From IMG/VR virus record IMGVR_UViG_2974703886_000001, positions 6,374-70,373 of that record: 64,000 nt of DNA; one strand, written 5' to 3'. A program made the position numbers and the translations under genes. The DNA is from a virus. Taxonomy: Duplodnaviria; Caudoviricetes. Shown here one piece after another: positions 29,852 to 38,883 of the stretch. The notes below the pieces were generated by a model that was not told where the DNA came from, made no database searches, and saw nothing but the letters and a program-made list of their open reading frames with translations. Each line of letters opens with the position of its first letter. The stretch's first letter is position 1.

Positions 29852-29941
29852 CTACCCGGTGATCTTGGCCAGGCATCGCCAGCACGGGCCGATGCCCGCG
29901 CAAACACCGTGGCACCTGGGGGATTTCGAGATGGTTAGCAC
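29852..29941 (-). CDS. Putative 29-aa Cys-rich micro-protein
   Basis: RBS AAAGGA then GTG; CxxxC...CxxC. Confidence 0.4.
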   Translation of the reverse strand: MLTISKSPRCHGVCAGIGPCWRCLAKITG

Positions 29942-29982
29942 TTCTATCCTTTCTCCCCCGAGACCCCCTCCTTGTCCCGGTC

Positions 29983-30315
29983 TCACCTTCTCGAGGTGAC
30001 CTTCCGTTGATCTCTGGGAGACTTGTTCTCGAGAACCCTTTTCTCGCAACCACCTTCGGTCTGGAGGTTCTCGCCTAACCGCTTCCACTTCGTTTCAGCG
30101 GTGGAGGAACTCGCTGGACGCTCGTCACCTAACCGGCCCCCCCCTGTAGTCCCCCCCCATGTTGGGGGCTTCCGGTGATAACTCCAGTGATCGGCAGATC
30201 GCGACCTGGGACTTTGCTGACGTACTGTGACCAACTTCACACACTCTGGATGGGGCCAAGGGGCCGAAGACTGGCCTCTGGTAGCCTTGAGCGCGGAGCT
30301 TCTGGGGCTTGTCAC
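29983..30315 (-). CDS. Possible 110-aa ORF preceded by the early-gene RBS motif
   Basis: GGGAGAGAGAAC precedes the GTG, but the product looks low-complexity. Confidence 0.25.
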   Translation of the reverse strand: MTSPRSSALKATRGQSSAPWPHPECVKLVTVRQQSPRSRSADHWSYHRKPPTWGGTTGGGRLGDERPASSSTAETKWKRLGENLQTEGGCEKRVLENKSPRDQRKVTSRR

Positions 30316-30503
30316 AGAGTTCTCTCTCCCAGCAGGAACCAGAAGTGTGTGCAGGTCACTGCACCCGCCCCCGGCGTCGTGAACCGGGGGCGTCCTCATT
30401 TCTGGGCTACTACACCTCCTCCCGGCCTCTGTCAACTGGGTTACGACCGGAACGCCATACGCTTGATGGGCAAGTAACTGATCCTTGACTTGAGGAGTTT
30501 GCA

Positions 30504-30746
30504 GTGGCCGAACGCACTGCTGAAGACGCACTTGTCGACGGCACCCTGGACGAGGTGCGCGCCGTCGACCAGATCGTGGCGGGTCTCTCCGAGTCCGAAG
30601 CCAAGGCGTTCTACGACGGTTACAACCGTGCTCTCGCCTACGCTTTCAAGAAGCTCGTCGGCAAGACCATGGAAGAGTGGGTTCGCGAGAACGTCACCGG
30701 CCCGAAGGAAGATGTCGACCTGCTCGCCAACCTCGTGGCCCAATAA
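30504..30746 (+). CDS. Hypothetical protein
   Basis: RBS GAGGAG; GC3-rich codons. Confidence 0.7.
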   Translation: MAERTAEDALVDGTLDEVRAVDQIVAGLSESEAKAFYDGYNRALAYAFKKLVGKTMEEWVRENVTGPKEDVDLLANLVAQ

Positions 30747-30777
30747 GTAAGCACCAGAACGCAATACGATTAGTACC

Positions 30778-31191
30778 GTGAACAAGCAACGCACTTTCCG
30801 CGCCAAGATCCGGCGTCTCGCACGCAAATTGGGTGTGCGCCCGGTTCCTCGGCAGGACGACGTTCTGGTCACTCTGCAGATCGGTCGTCGCCTCATCAAC
30901 GAGGGCTGGTGCAAGTACGCGTGGAAGCGTCAGGTCAACGACCGCTTCCAGTACGACGTAACCGCTGCTATCCAGCGTTCGGTGAAGTACGCGGCGGCGA
31001 AGAACGAGGCACGCGCCTTCTGGGCTGCCTACTACGCCCTGATCAACCAACTGCCGGACGGCTACTCCTGCCTGACGCAGTTCAACGACAACCCGAAGAC
31101 AACGCACCAGGATGTCCTGGATCTGTACGACCGGGCGATCAAGGCGCAGGGTGAGCTGAAGGCTGCCATCGAGAAGGGGCCGATCCGATGA
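30778..31191 (+). CDS. Hypothetical protein (DUF6197-like)
   Basis: GWCK...FND...T..DVL.L pattern, recalled not searched. Confidence 0.6.
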   Translation: MNKQRTFRAKIRRLARKLGVRPVPRQDDVLVTLQIGRRLINEGWCKYAWKRQVNDRFQYDVTAAIQRSVKYAAAKNEARAFWAAYYALINQLPDGYSCLTQFNDNPKTTHQDVLDLYDRAIKAQGELKAAIEKGPIR

Positions 31192-31268
31192 ACGACGGAG
31201 CTCCCTTCTTTGCCCTCATGGTGTTTCTGTGGGTACTCATCGTCTTGGCGATTGCGACGGCGGGCTGA
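31188..31268 (+). CDS. 26-aa membrane peptide
   Basis: ATGA overlap upstream, TGATG overlap downstream; single TM helix. Confidence 0.55.
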   Translation: MNDGAPFFALMVFLWVLIVLAIATAG

Positions 31269-31519
31269 TGAACGAACCAAGTGCTCGCGCAACAGCTTCC
31301 GCAGCCGCCTCGTTTCCTGGTGGTGTGCTGATCTTCATCGTCCTGCTTCTGCTGAAGCTGGGCTGGCCGGTGGAATCGGTTGTCCAGGACTGGTCCTGGT
31401 GGCTGATCACCGCGCCACTGTGGGGTCCGATTGCCTTCGGCGTCGGCGTCATTGCGCTGATCTTCGCCATCGCGTTCGTCGGCGTGTTCGTCGGAGCGTT
31501 CTCCGGAGCGAAACGCTGA
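31268..31519 (+). CDS. Membrane protein
   Basis: LLLLKL...DWSWWLITAPLW pattern; two TM helices. Confidence 0.7.
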   Translation: MNEPSARATASAAASFPGGVLIFIVLLLLKLGWPVESVVQDWSWWLITAPLWGPIAFGVGVIALIFAIAFVGVFVGAFSGAKR

Positions 31520-31573
31520 ACCTCAACTGGCTGTACGTAATCCTGTTCATAGCGCTGTATATCGGAGCTTTCG

Positions 31574-32239
31574 GTGACTACGACCCAACTCGACCAACTC
31601 CTTCCCGCACTTCACAAGGCCCGCGAGGGCTTCGGCACGATCCAGAAGGACGGGTTCAACCCGCACTTCAAGAGCGAGTTCGCCACCCTGAAGTCGATCA
31701 AGGCGGCGGTCGACCCTGCCCTGCATGCCAACGGGTTGCAGATCCTGCAGTTCCCCTCGGAGGTCAACGGGTCTCCGGCTCTGACGACGATCCTGGCGCA
31801 CACGGCTTCGGGCCAGCACATCGAGTACACGACGCCGCTGGCGCTGACGAAGAACGATCCGCAGGCCCAGGGGAGCGCTCTCACCTACCTGCGCCGGTAC
31901 TCCTACAGCGCGGTGCTGAACCTCGTGACCGACGAGGACGACGACGGCAACGTCGGCAGCCTGCCGGACAAGCCGAAGCAGCAGAAGCCCCAGCAGCGCC
32001 CCCAGCAGCCTCCGCAGCAGCAGGCTCCGCAGCCTGATCCGCGAGTTGTGGCTCTGGGCAACGTGATCAACGAGGCCAAGCGCATCGGTATCGACAAGGA
32101 CGGCACCGAGCGGTTGTTCGTCCAGGTCTACGGCGAGAACCTGATGGAGACGCGAAGCGTCAAGGCGCTCCAGGAGTTTGCCCAGATGCTGCCCGAGCTG
32201 GTGGCCCAGTGTGAGCTGAACGCGACGGTGGTGCAGTGA
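31574..32239 (+). CDS. erf: ERF-family ssDNA annealing protein
   Basis: NPHFKSEFA; QAQGSALTYLRRYS; EDDDGN. Confidence 0.88.
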   Translation: MTTTQLDQLLPALHKAREGFGTIQKDGFNPHFKSEFATLKSIKAAVDPALHANGLQILQFPSEVNGSPALTTILAHTASGQHIEYTTPLALTKNDPQAQGSALTYLRRYSYSAVLNLVTDEDDDGNVGSLPDKPKQQKPQQRPQQPPQQQAPQPDPRVVALGNVINEAKRIGIDKDGTERLFVQVYGENLMETRSVKALQEFAQMLPELVAQCELNATVVQ

Positions 32240-33201
32240 CCGACTACCAGGTCAAGCGCAACTACAAGGGCCAGGTGTACGTTATGCCACCGGGTGCCGA
32301 GCCGCTGAGCGGTGAGTGGTGTGATGCCCGCGACGGCAAGCGCTACTTCCGTCCGGCTCAGCGTTCGGCCAAGGCGTACCGCCGGACCTCGTCTGCCGGT
32401 GAGCACCTGAAGGGCGGCGGTGACGGCCTGGCCAACTACAAGGCCGCGATGGCTGCCATCGGCGTCGTCATGAACGAGTCGGCCCAGTCGGAGATCGCCA
32501 CACTGCTCAACGAGTACGACGGCGACCCGTACTACAACGGCGACGAGAAGAACGCCTGGAAGTCCGGCAAGAAGCGCCTCCTGGAGACTGTCGACGCGGC
32601 GGCGAACGCCGCTGGCGCGAACTCCCGCTCCGCTCTGGGCACCGAGATGCACAAGCTGGGCGAGATGATCAACCGGGGCAAGGTGCCGACCGTGGTTCGA
32701 CCGAAACTGGTTGAGCCGCTAGAGAAGTACCGCTTCGCTGTCCGGAACATCCGGTTCCTGCACCAGGAGATCCTGATCGTCAACGACGAGCTGGAGCGTG
32801 CCGGGTCCATCGACTACCTGATGGAGCTGCCCGCCGGGCTGACAACGCCGGACGGTGTGTACCACGACGAGCCGCTTGTGTGCGCTGGCGACCTGAAGAC
32901 GGGCCGCTGGGACTACGACTACCCGGCTGGCGTCTACGCCCAGCTCGCTGGTTACGCCAAGGGCCAGCGCTACAACCAAGAGACCAACGAGCGTCTGCCG
33001 CTTCACGAGCGCATGAACACCAAGTGGGGCGTGCTGGTTCACTTCCCAATCGTCGTCCCCGACGCGGAGGTGAGCTTCTACTGGCTGGACCTCGACATCG
33101 GCATGAGGGCAGCGAAGTTGAACAACGAACTGGACGCCATGATCAAGTGGTTCCAGTCGAAGAAGGGTAGCCCTGTGAAGTTCGATTTGGAGGCCCTGTG
33201 A
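32236..33201 (+). CDS. PD-(D/E)XK exonuclease (RecE/Cas4-like)
   Basis: AGSID...GDLKTG; adjacent to ERF. Confidence 0.75.
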   Translation: MTDYQVKRNYKGQVYVMPPGAEPLSGEWCDARDGKRYFRPAQRSAKAYRRTSSAGEHLKGGGDGLANYKAAMAAIGVVMNESAQSEIATLLNEYDGDPYYNGDEKNAWKSGKKRLLETVDAAANAAGANSRSALGTEMHKLGEMINRGKVPTVVRPKLVEPLEKYRFAVRNIRFLHQEILIVNDELERAGSIDYLMELPAGLTTPDGVYHDEPLVCAGDLKTGRWDYDYPAGVYAQLAGYAKGQRYNQETNERLPLHERMNTKWGVLVHFPIVVPDAEVSFYWLDLDIGMRAAKLNNELDAMIKWFQSKKGSPVKFDLEAL

Positions 33202-33809
33202 CCGCAGCAGCAGCGGAACCCATTGGCACTGTCGTGGATCTGCCCGTCAAGACAAAGCTGGTGGAAGACATCCTCGAGCTTGAGTCGGTGCGGTTCCAGT
33301 TGAGCGGCTACGTCGATCAGAAGATGACCCGCCGGTTCATCGAGCAGGCCCAGGCCGCGCACAACGAGGACCAGGAAGCCATCTGGGAGGTTGTCATCAC
33401 CTCCGAGGGTGGCGACATGTTCGCGGGCACTGCGATCTACAGCGAGCTGAAGAGCTACTCGGTCTCCGATGGTGGCGGTCACTGGATCGTGACCCGCGTG
33501 CGTGGCATCTGCGGGTCGGTGGCCACACTCATCCTGCAGGCTGGTGATGTTCGCGTTGCCGGGTACATGGACTCGCTGCACTACCACGAGCCGCTGCTGA
33601 CGCTCACGGACAGCCCGCTGACGCAGGCGCGAGACATGTTGTGGCAGTGCGAGAATTGGTTGCATCGCTACGCCGCGATTCATGAGGAACGTAGCGGCCT
33701 CAAGGCCGAGGAATTCCTGGACCGGCTCAAGGGCCACGAGTGGAATCTGTCGGCCAATGAGGCTAAGCGGTTCGGCTTCATCGACATCGTGGACGGTGTC
33801 ACTGTATGA
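33198..33809 (+). CDS. clpP: ClpP-like protease
   Basis: ITSEGG, CGSVAT (Ser), HEP (His), LSANEAKRFGFID. Confidence 0.8.
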   Translation: MTAAAAEPIGTVVDLPVKTKLVEDILELESVRFQLSGYVDQKMTRRFIEQAQAAHNEDQEAIWEVVITSEGGDMFAGTAIYSELKSYSVSDGGGHWIVTRVRGICGSVATLILQAGDVRVAGYMDSLHYHEPLLTLTDSPLTQARDMLWQCENWLHRYAAIHEERSGLKAEEFLDRLKGHEWNLSANEAKRFGFIDIVDGVTV

Positions 33810-34156
33810 GCACCCCGATTGAGATTGACCGCAAGCTCCAGGAGATGGCGGACGAGATTGACCTGTGGGACAAGATGATCGCCTGGCATGAGGCCCAGCG
33901 CGATTACTACAAGACCCGCCTGGCCATCGCCATGGCCAACGCCGAGCTGGAGTACAACCAGACCCCGGCGTCGAAGGCTAAGGCGTACGCCATCTCCAAG
34001 ACCGAGAAGCAGCGCGTCCAGCTCGACATCGCCGAGGCACAGTTGAACCTGTGCGTGCGCCGGATGCACTCACTGGACAAGGGACTACTGACCCTGATGG
34101 GTCGCAACAAGAACGCCATGCAGGCTTACAACGTCGGAGGCAGAGACACGTGGTAA
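33806..34156 (+). CDS. Coiled-coil protein (possibly UvsY-like mediator)
   Basis: All-helical pattern inside the recombination cluster; function is inference. Confidence 0.55.
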   Translation: MSTPIEIDRKLQEMADEIDLWDKMIAWHEAQRDYYKTRLAIAMANAELEYNQTPASKAKAYAISKTEKQRVQLDIAEAQLNLCVRRMHSLDKGLLTLMGRNKNAMQAYNVGGRDTW

Positions 34157-34548
34157 ACATCTTCCGCAGACGAATCCCCAAGCCGCAGAACGTCGTTCCG
34201 CCGAAGCAGCAGCGGGACCAGTTCCTGATGGTGCCGTTCGAAATGACCGACGCGCCAAGGGTTCTGCTCGACTACTTGGCGACCCGCGACGACGTGTCCG
34301 ACACGGTCAAGTCGATCATCAGCAACTTCCTGCTGGGCTACCGTGGCCAGCTTGGCATCTGGCTGATGGCCACGTACGGCCCCGAGGGTGTGGCGCGTGC
34401 CAACGAGATCACCCTCACGCTGTCCGAGAACTTCAAGAAGGCCATCAGCGGGGAGTACCAGGCTGCGCAGGACGAGTTCTTCCGCAACCTGGAAGAGCAG
34501 ATGAAGCATCCCGACGAAGGTCCGGCGGATGGCCCAGTCAGTCAGTGA
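34150..34548 (+). CDS. Hypothetical protein
   Basis: RBS GGAGG; overlap-coupled. Confidence 0.65.
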   Translation: MVNIFRRRIPKPQNVVPPKQQRDQFLMVPFEMTDAPRVLLDYLATRDDVSDTVKSIISNFLLGYRGQLGIWLMATYGPEGVARANEITLTLSENFKKAISGEYQAAQDEFFRNLEEQMKHPDEGPADGPVSQ

Positions 34549-34843
34549 CCTGCGTATCCCGCTCTACTACGCCGAGATGCTGTTCGTCGCGTTCAGCAGC
34601 GTCGTGGACCAGATGGACGCCGACGACCGGGCCGTCAAGAACCTCCGCACGGTCCTGAAGGCGTACGAGCAGACCCGCACTCGTTGGCTCCGCAAGAAGG
34701 GTGTGCCGGTCAAGTTGATCCGGTCTTGCACCCAGGCTGCCGCCGAGGCCCTGGTCGACTGGCTGGACGAGAAGGCCGCGAAAGAAGAGGCGTCCGAGAA
34801 GGACTTCGAACTGTGGGCGCAGGAGTTGCAGAGCGATGACTGA
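34529..34843 (+). CDS. Hypothetical protein
   Basis: ORF track; codon bias. Confidence 0.65.
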   Translation: MAQSVSDLRIPLYYAEMLFVAFSSVVDQMDADDRAVKNLRTVLKAYEQTRTRWLRKKGVPVKLIRSCTQAAAEALVDWLDEKAAKEEASEKDFELWAQELQSDD

Positions 34844-35267
34844 GTTGGACACCGTCCCGTATCCTCCGATCATCCTGAAGGTCGAGCAGGATCTCGACCA
34901 CGACGGGTACCAGGACGAGAACGGTACCGAGCACTACGACGACCGCGTCGTCACCCCGTTCGGCGAGCTGGAGAACCTGGAGGTCGAGATCCAGGACGAC
35001 GGCCAGCCGTTCGTGAAGCACGCGCCCAGGGTCTGCCTCGTCCGGCGCGGCTTCCCCGACGAGTGGGCACCTCGTGCCCGCGTCGGCGTCACAGTGCGAG
35101 AGACCCCGTTCGGGGCCAAGGTGATGCGCCTGGAGGCCAAGAACTGCATCGTCAGCTACCACCTGCACCCGAACCCGCTGCAGTGGTCCGACAGGAACCA
35201 CGACGGGCTGCTGGAACGCCAGCAGCTCGCCACCCGAACCCTGATCAGTTGGAAGCACGAAGCATGA
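34836..35267 (+). CDS. Hypothetical protein
   Basis: ORF track; codon bias. Confidence 0.65.
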   Translation: MTELDTVPYPPIILKVEQDLDHDGYQDENGTEHYDDRVVTPFGELENLEVEIQDDGQPFVKHAPRVCLVRRGFPDEWAPRARVGVTVRETPFGAKVMRLEAKNCIVSYHLHPNPLQWSDRNHDGLLERQQLATRTLISWKHEA

Positions 35268-35608
35268 AACCACTACACGTTGCTACTGCCGCCGCTGGCG
35301 CGATCCTCACCGCCCTGTGTGCCGCTCTGCTGGCCAAGGACAACCGCCCCGAGCCGGAACCCGGCCCGTGGGTCCGCGACTACATGGCCGACTGGGTCGC
35401 CAACCACGGCCTGACAATCCCCGTCCCGGCTGGCTGGGTCAAGGGCAAGGAGTCCGGCAAGTGGCTCTGGGCCACGAATACCCCTGAGTGGGACCGGGAT
35501 TGGTTCGACAAGCGCGGCTGGCGCTTCCCTCGCAAGTGGGTCGTCTACAACGACCTGAAGGTCTACGCCAGCGATTCCGGCGCAACCATCGAGCTGGAAG
35601 GACTCTGA
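35264..35608 (+). CDS. Hypothetical protein with N-terminal hydrophobic segment
   Basis: ATGA overlap. Confidence 0.6.
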   Translation: MKPLHVATAAAGAILTALCAALLAKDNRPEPEPGPWVRDYMADWVANHGLTIPVPAGWVKGKESGKWLWATNTPEWDRDWFDKRGWRFPRKWVVYNDLKVYASDSGATIELEGL

Positions 35609-35781
35609 TGCTCCCTCACATTTACCGCGCACCGGGCCTGCCGACGAAGCTGCCGGACACTCCGGTCGTCCGCGACAAGAAGGGTAAGCGTGTGTACGGC
35701 GGGCAGACGAGCCGGATCGGCAAGCTGACCAACGTCATGCGTCGACACCACCGCGAAGAGCTGGCGCGGCGTGGCCGGTAG
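35608..35781 (+). CDS. Small basic hypothetical protein
   Basis: TGATG overlap. Confidence 0.55.
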   Translation: MLPHIYRAPGLPTKLPDTPVVRDKKGKRVYGGQTSRIGKLTNVMRRHHREELARRGR

Positions 35782-35926
35782 GCACAGACGCGTCTACGTA
35801 GGCCAACGCCGCCACGCGGGCGAGTACGACTGGGGATGGCATTTTGCCATCCTCTTCGAGTTTCTGGCCTGGCGTTACCGCAGATTCAGCGAAGCTCCCC
35901 GGCGCAGCTTGAACACTCAACGTCGC

Positions 35927-36058
35927 ATGGCGCGTAGTTGGCGGGAGATTCGGGCTGAGGCGGTCGCATCGGGCCGTATCGATCCGGCGCGAGTTGACGC
36001 GGCCCGCAGGCGGATGAAGGTGATGGAGATTGGCGGATCTGAGACACATCAAGGTTGA
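35927..36058 (+). CDS. HigA-antitoxin N-terminus-like micro-protein (may start at 35771)
   Basis: MARSWREIRAEAVASGRIDPARVDAARRRM; no HTH follows. Confidence 0.45.
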   Translation: MARSWREIRAEAVASGRIDPARVDAARRRMKVMEIGGSETHQG

Positions 36059-36179
36059 GGCGTTCGTTGAGCACAACGATCCCATGATCCTCGTAAGGGC
36101 CGAGGACTGGCGGCGCATGAAGGCCGAAAACCAAGCTCTACGTGAGGAATTGGAGAAGCTGAAGGGGGAACTTGGCTAG
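36030..36179 (+). CDS. 49-aa coiled-coil hypothetical protein
   Basis: TTG after GGAG; MADLRHIKVEAF...LREELEKLKGELG. Confidence 0.5.
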   Translation: MADLRHIKVEAFVEHNDPMILVRAEDWRRMKAENQALREELEKLKGELG

Positions 36180-36271
36180 TGGTGAACGAGGGTCCGTTTG
36201 ATAGCCGTGAGGGAGACAAGATCAAGTACAACTTTGCCTCGGGAACTTCGCCGGGCTACAGGGGAGGAAGC

Positions 36272-36637
36272 ATGAGCGACCCGGTAACCCGCGCAAAAGC
36301 CGCGCTGGAAAGTATCGGAGATGGTCCGTGGACCATCGACTCCGAAGATGGCGAACCGATTATTCACGAAGCCCACCACTATGACTCGGCGGATGAGTGG
36401 TACGACGTGGACAGTCCAAACGGCGGATGGGTGGCTCACTGCGAAGACCTCCCAGTGGCTGAGTTCATAGCCTCTGCCCGCACTCTCATCCCTGAGCTGG
36501 TGGCCGAGGTTGAGCGTTTGCGCGCGCGGGAAACGCTAATACGGGAACTGGCGAATCGGCATGTCGGCGCACCGTGCGGCTGCAACGCCATCGCCCACCA
36601 GATCCTCGCCGCGCTGGATACCGGGGAGGAAGCATGA
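36272..36637 (+). CDS. Hypothetical protein (LVAEVERLR family)
   Basis: RBS GGAGG. Confidence 0.7.
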   Translation: MSDPVTRAKAALESIGDGPWTIDSEDGEPIIHEAHHYDSADEWYDVDSPNGGWVAHCEDLPVAEFIASARTLIPELVAEVERLRARETLIRELANRHVGAPCGCNAIAHQILAALDTGEEA

Positions 36638-36918
36638 GCGGGGACGCGCAGAAGATCATGATCGCGGTTCAGCGCCGACACCGGCGGACGTTAAACCTGG
36701 AAACTGGACACTCCCGCTGCCAGGGTACGCGGGTGGGTGAATGTGATTTCCGCGACGGTTCGCTCGACGATTTCGAGGCCCACGTCGCCGCCGAGATCGA
36801 CAGAGCCCTCGGAGGACTCAGGCGGGAAACCCGCGTAATCGAGAGCATCTTCGAGCTGGGCGTGCCAGAGCCTGCAACCCGATTCGTTACCCACTGGATG
36901 GAGATACCTGATGAGTGA
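36634..36918 (+). CDS. Hypothetical protein (AEIDRALGGL family)
   Basis: ATGA overlap. Confidence 0.65.
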   Translation: MSGDAQKIMIAVQRRHRRTLNLETGHSRCQGTRVGECDFRDGSLDDFEAHVAAEIDRALGGLRRETRVIESIFELGVPEPATRFVTHWMEIPDE

Positions 36919-37252
36919 TGTTGTTGAGCGCGCCAAGGCTGCGCTGGTCGACTACGAAGTGGCGAAGGGGTCTCGGGTCGCGGTCGCACCGGGCCGGTCC
37001 TACCGGCTGCTCGCCGAATTGGTAGCCGAGGTTGAGCGTCTGCGCCCCAAGGTGGTCGAGACCGTCGAACAACTCGACGCGCTGCCGATCCGCTCACTAG
37101 TCCGGTCGGACATCGGTGAGGTATTCGAGCGTCTCCGCGGTGGATGGGACTGCCTTCACGAGGACAGCAGTGCTGGCCTCGTGATGCCCTTCGCAATCCG
37201 ACTCCCCGCCCGCGTGCTCTACATCCCTACGGACTCTTTGGAGGAAGCATGA
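36911..37252 (+). CDS. Hypothetical protein (LVAEVERLR family)
   Basis: Shares motifs with the 36272 gene. Confidence 0.65.
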   Translation: MSDVVERAKAALVDYEVAKGSRVAVAPGRSYRLLAELVAEVERLRPKVVETVEQLDALPIRSLVRSDIGEVFERLRGGWDCLHEDSSAGLVMPFAIRLPARVLYIPTDSLEEA

Positions 37253-37662
37253 GCATCGAAGCTCAAAACCTCATCTCCGACGTGATGGGCAAGCACCGAC
37301 TCGAAGAGGGCATGCGCATGGGGCGAGGCGAGCGGGTCGAGTGGTGGTGCTGCCTCGAATGCGGGTGGCGTTCGGAAGACTTCGATCTGGATGACTCGGA
37401 AGTTCGCCGAGAGATCGAGCGAGTCAAGCGGGCGCACGTGGCCGAGGAAATCGACAAAGCCCTCGGAGGACTCACCCGTGAAGAGCAGTGGGTGCCCGTC
37501 GAGGAATCCGGCCACCGGTGGCTTGGACGCAGCGAGGATGAGGCCGCCTGGGCTTTGGAGAACTACTCGAAAGACGGTGATTCCCACGATCCCGACATGG
37601 ATTCGCCCCTCACCCACATCGCTCACGAGGCCCGCTGGGTGTCGGGATGGAGCGAGGCATGA
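37249..37662 (+). CDS. Hypothetical protein (AEEIDKALGGL family, CxxC)
   Basis: Shares motifs with the 36634 gene. Confidence 0.65.
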   Translation: MSIEAQNLISDVMGKHRLEEGMRMGRGERVEWWCCLECGWRSEDFDLDDSEVRREIERVKRAHVAEEIDKALGGLTREEQWVPVEESGHRWLGRSEDEAAWALENYSKDGDSHDPDMDSPLTHIAHEARWVSGWSEA

Positions 37663-37708
37663 GCGATCGCGTGATTCAGGTTCATTGCCGGGGAAGCGTG
37701 AGCGGGGA

Positions 37709-38047
37709 GTGAACAAGAACTTCAAGGTCTCGACGTGCATCGCCATGGTGTACACCCGCTCAGGGGGCCTGTGTGAGCGCTGCGGCAGGAAGGGCGAGTC
37801 CTACCACCACCGGCTGAAGCGCAGTCAGGGTGGGCTGTGGACGCCGTCCAACATCGTCCTGGTGTGTGGCCACGGCACCGCTGGTTGCCACGGCTGGATC
37901 GAGCACAACGCCAATGACGCCGACTCTGCCGGGTACCACGTCCGACCCTGGGAGAAGCCCGAAGAGAAGCCAGTGCGGACCTGTATCGCGGGCTGGGCGC
38001 TCCTGGACGACGACGGCAGCTACCACCCAGCGTCTGTCCGCGAGTAA
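37709..38047 (+). CDS. HNH endonuclease
   Basis: CERC...HHRLKRSQGG...SNIVLVC...CHGWI. Confidence 0.8.
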   Translation: MNKNFKVSTCIAMVYTRSGGLCERCGRKGESYHHRLKRSQGGLWTPSNIVLVCGHGTAGCHGWIEHNANDADSAGYHVRPWEKPEEKPVRTCIAGWALLDDDGSYHPASVRE

Positions 38048-38104
38048 TCACCAGAAGCACATATCCTGTACATAACGAACTTGAGCTGAGACGAAGGGAT
38101 TTCG

Positions 38105-38587
38105 ATGATCCAGCTTCCTCAGGTGACTGTGGTAGGCACCCTGACCGCAGACCCCGAGCTTCGCTTCACGCAGAGCGGCAAAGCGGTGATCTCGTTCAAC
38201 ATCGCGTCGAACTCCCGCCGGTTCAACAAGCAGACCGGCGAGTACGAGGACGGCGATACCACCTTCCTGCGTGGGCAGATCTGGAACGAGTACGCCGAGA
38301 ACATAGCCGAGTCGTTGAGTCGCGGCGACCGCGTCATCGCGACCGGCGTGCTGAAGCAGCGCTCCTACGAGACCCGCGAGGGCGACAAGCGCACAGTCTA
38401 CGAACTGGAAGCCGAAGAGGTCGGTCCCTCCCTACGCTTCGCGACCGCCAAGGTGACAAAGAACAACCAGAGGTCGTCAGGTCGCCAGGCACCGGCTGAA
38501 GACTCCAGCAGCGGGTACTTCGGCAACAGCGGTGGCGGCGATGCGGACCCATGGGGTGGAGCCACCCCCAGCCTGCCTGGCTGGTGA
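38105..38587 (+). CDS. ssb: Single-stranded DNA-binding protein
   Basis: [14 protein letters not shown]...[10 protein letters not shown]-fold. Confidence 0.92.
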   Translation: MIQLPQVTVVGTLTADPELRFTQSGKAVISFNIASNSRRFNKQTGEYEDGDTTFLRGQIWNEYAENIAESLSRGDRVIATGVLKQRSYETREGDKRTVYELEAEEVGPSLRFATAKVTKNNQRSSGRQAPAEDSSSGYFGNSGGGDADPWGGATPSLPGW

Positions 38588-38883
38588 CGCGAACACCGCT
38601 GACCCCGGCCCAGGTTCGCGACTTCTGCGACCGGGTCGGGGTCAAGCTGAACCCCTGGCAAGTTGACTTTCTCGAGAAGCTCTACCAGCACGAGGGGCCG
38701 ATAGCTCTGCAGAGCAGTAGACAGTGCCCCGGTGTCCACGTGAGGCGAAATGACCCCGGCGCAGCTACGACTGAAGAACCGCAAGCTCTTCGAGCAGTTC
38801 TGGGCGGCGTACCCCAAGAAGGTCGCCATCAACGAGGCCGAGAGGGCATTCACCGAGGCCATCGAATCAGGCGCATCGCCTGA
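38584..38883 (+). CDS. Hypothetical protein (3' part overlaps the next gene)
   Basis: GTGA overlap with ssb; only the first ~55 aa look protein-like. Confidence 0.4.
   Translation: MTRTPLTPAQVRDFCDRVGVKLNPWQVDFLEKLYQHEGPIALQSSRQCPGVHVRRNDPGAATTEEPQALRAVLGGVPQEGRHQRGREGIHRGHRIRRIA

Noticed and set aside
32236-33201. Cas4-like nuclease as evidence of a CRISPR system
   Set aside because: Paired with ERF as a recombination exonuclease; no other cas genes or array.
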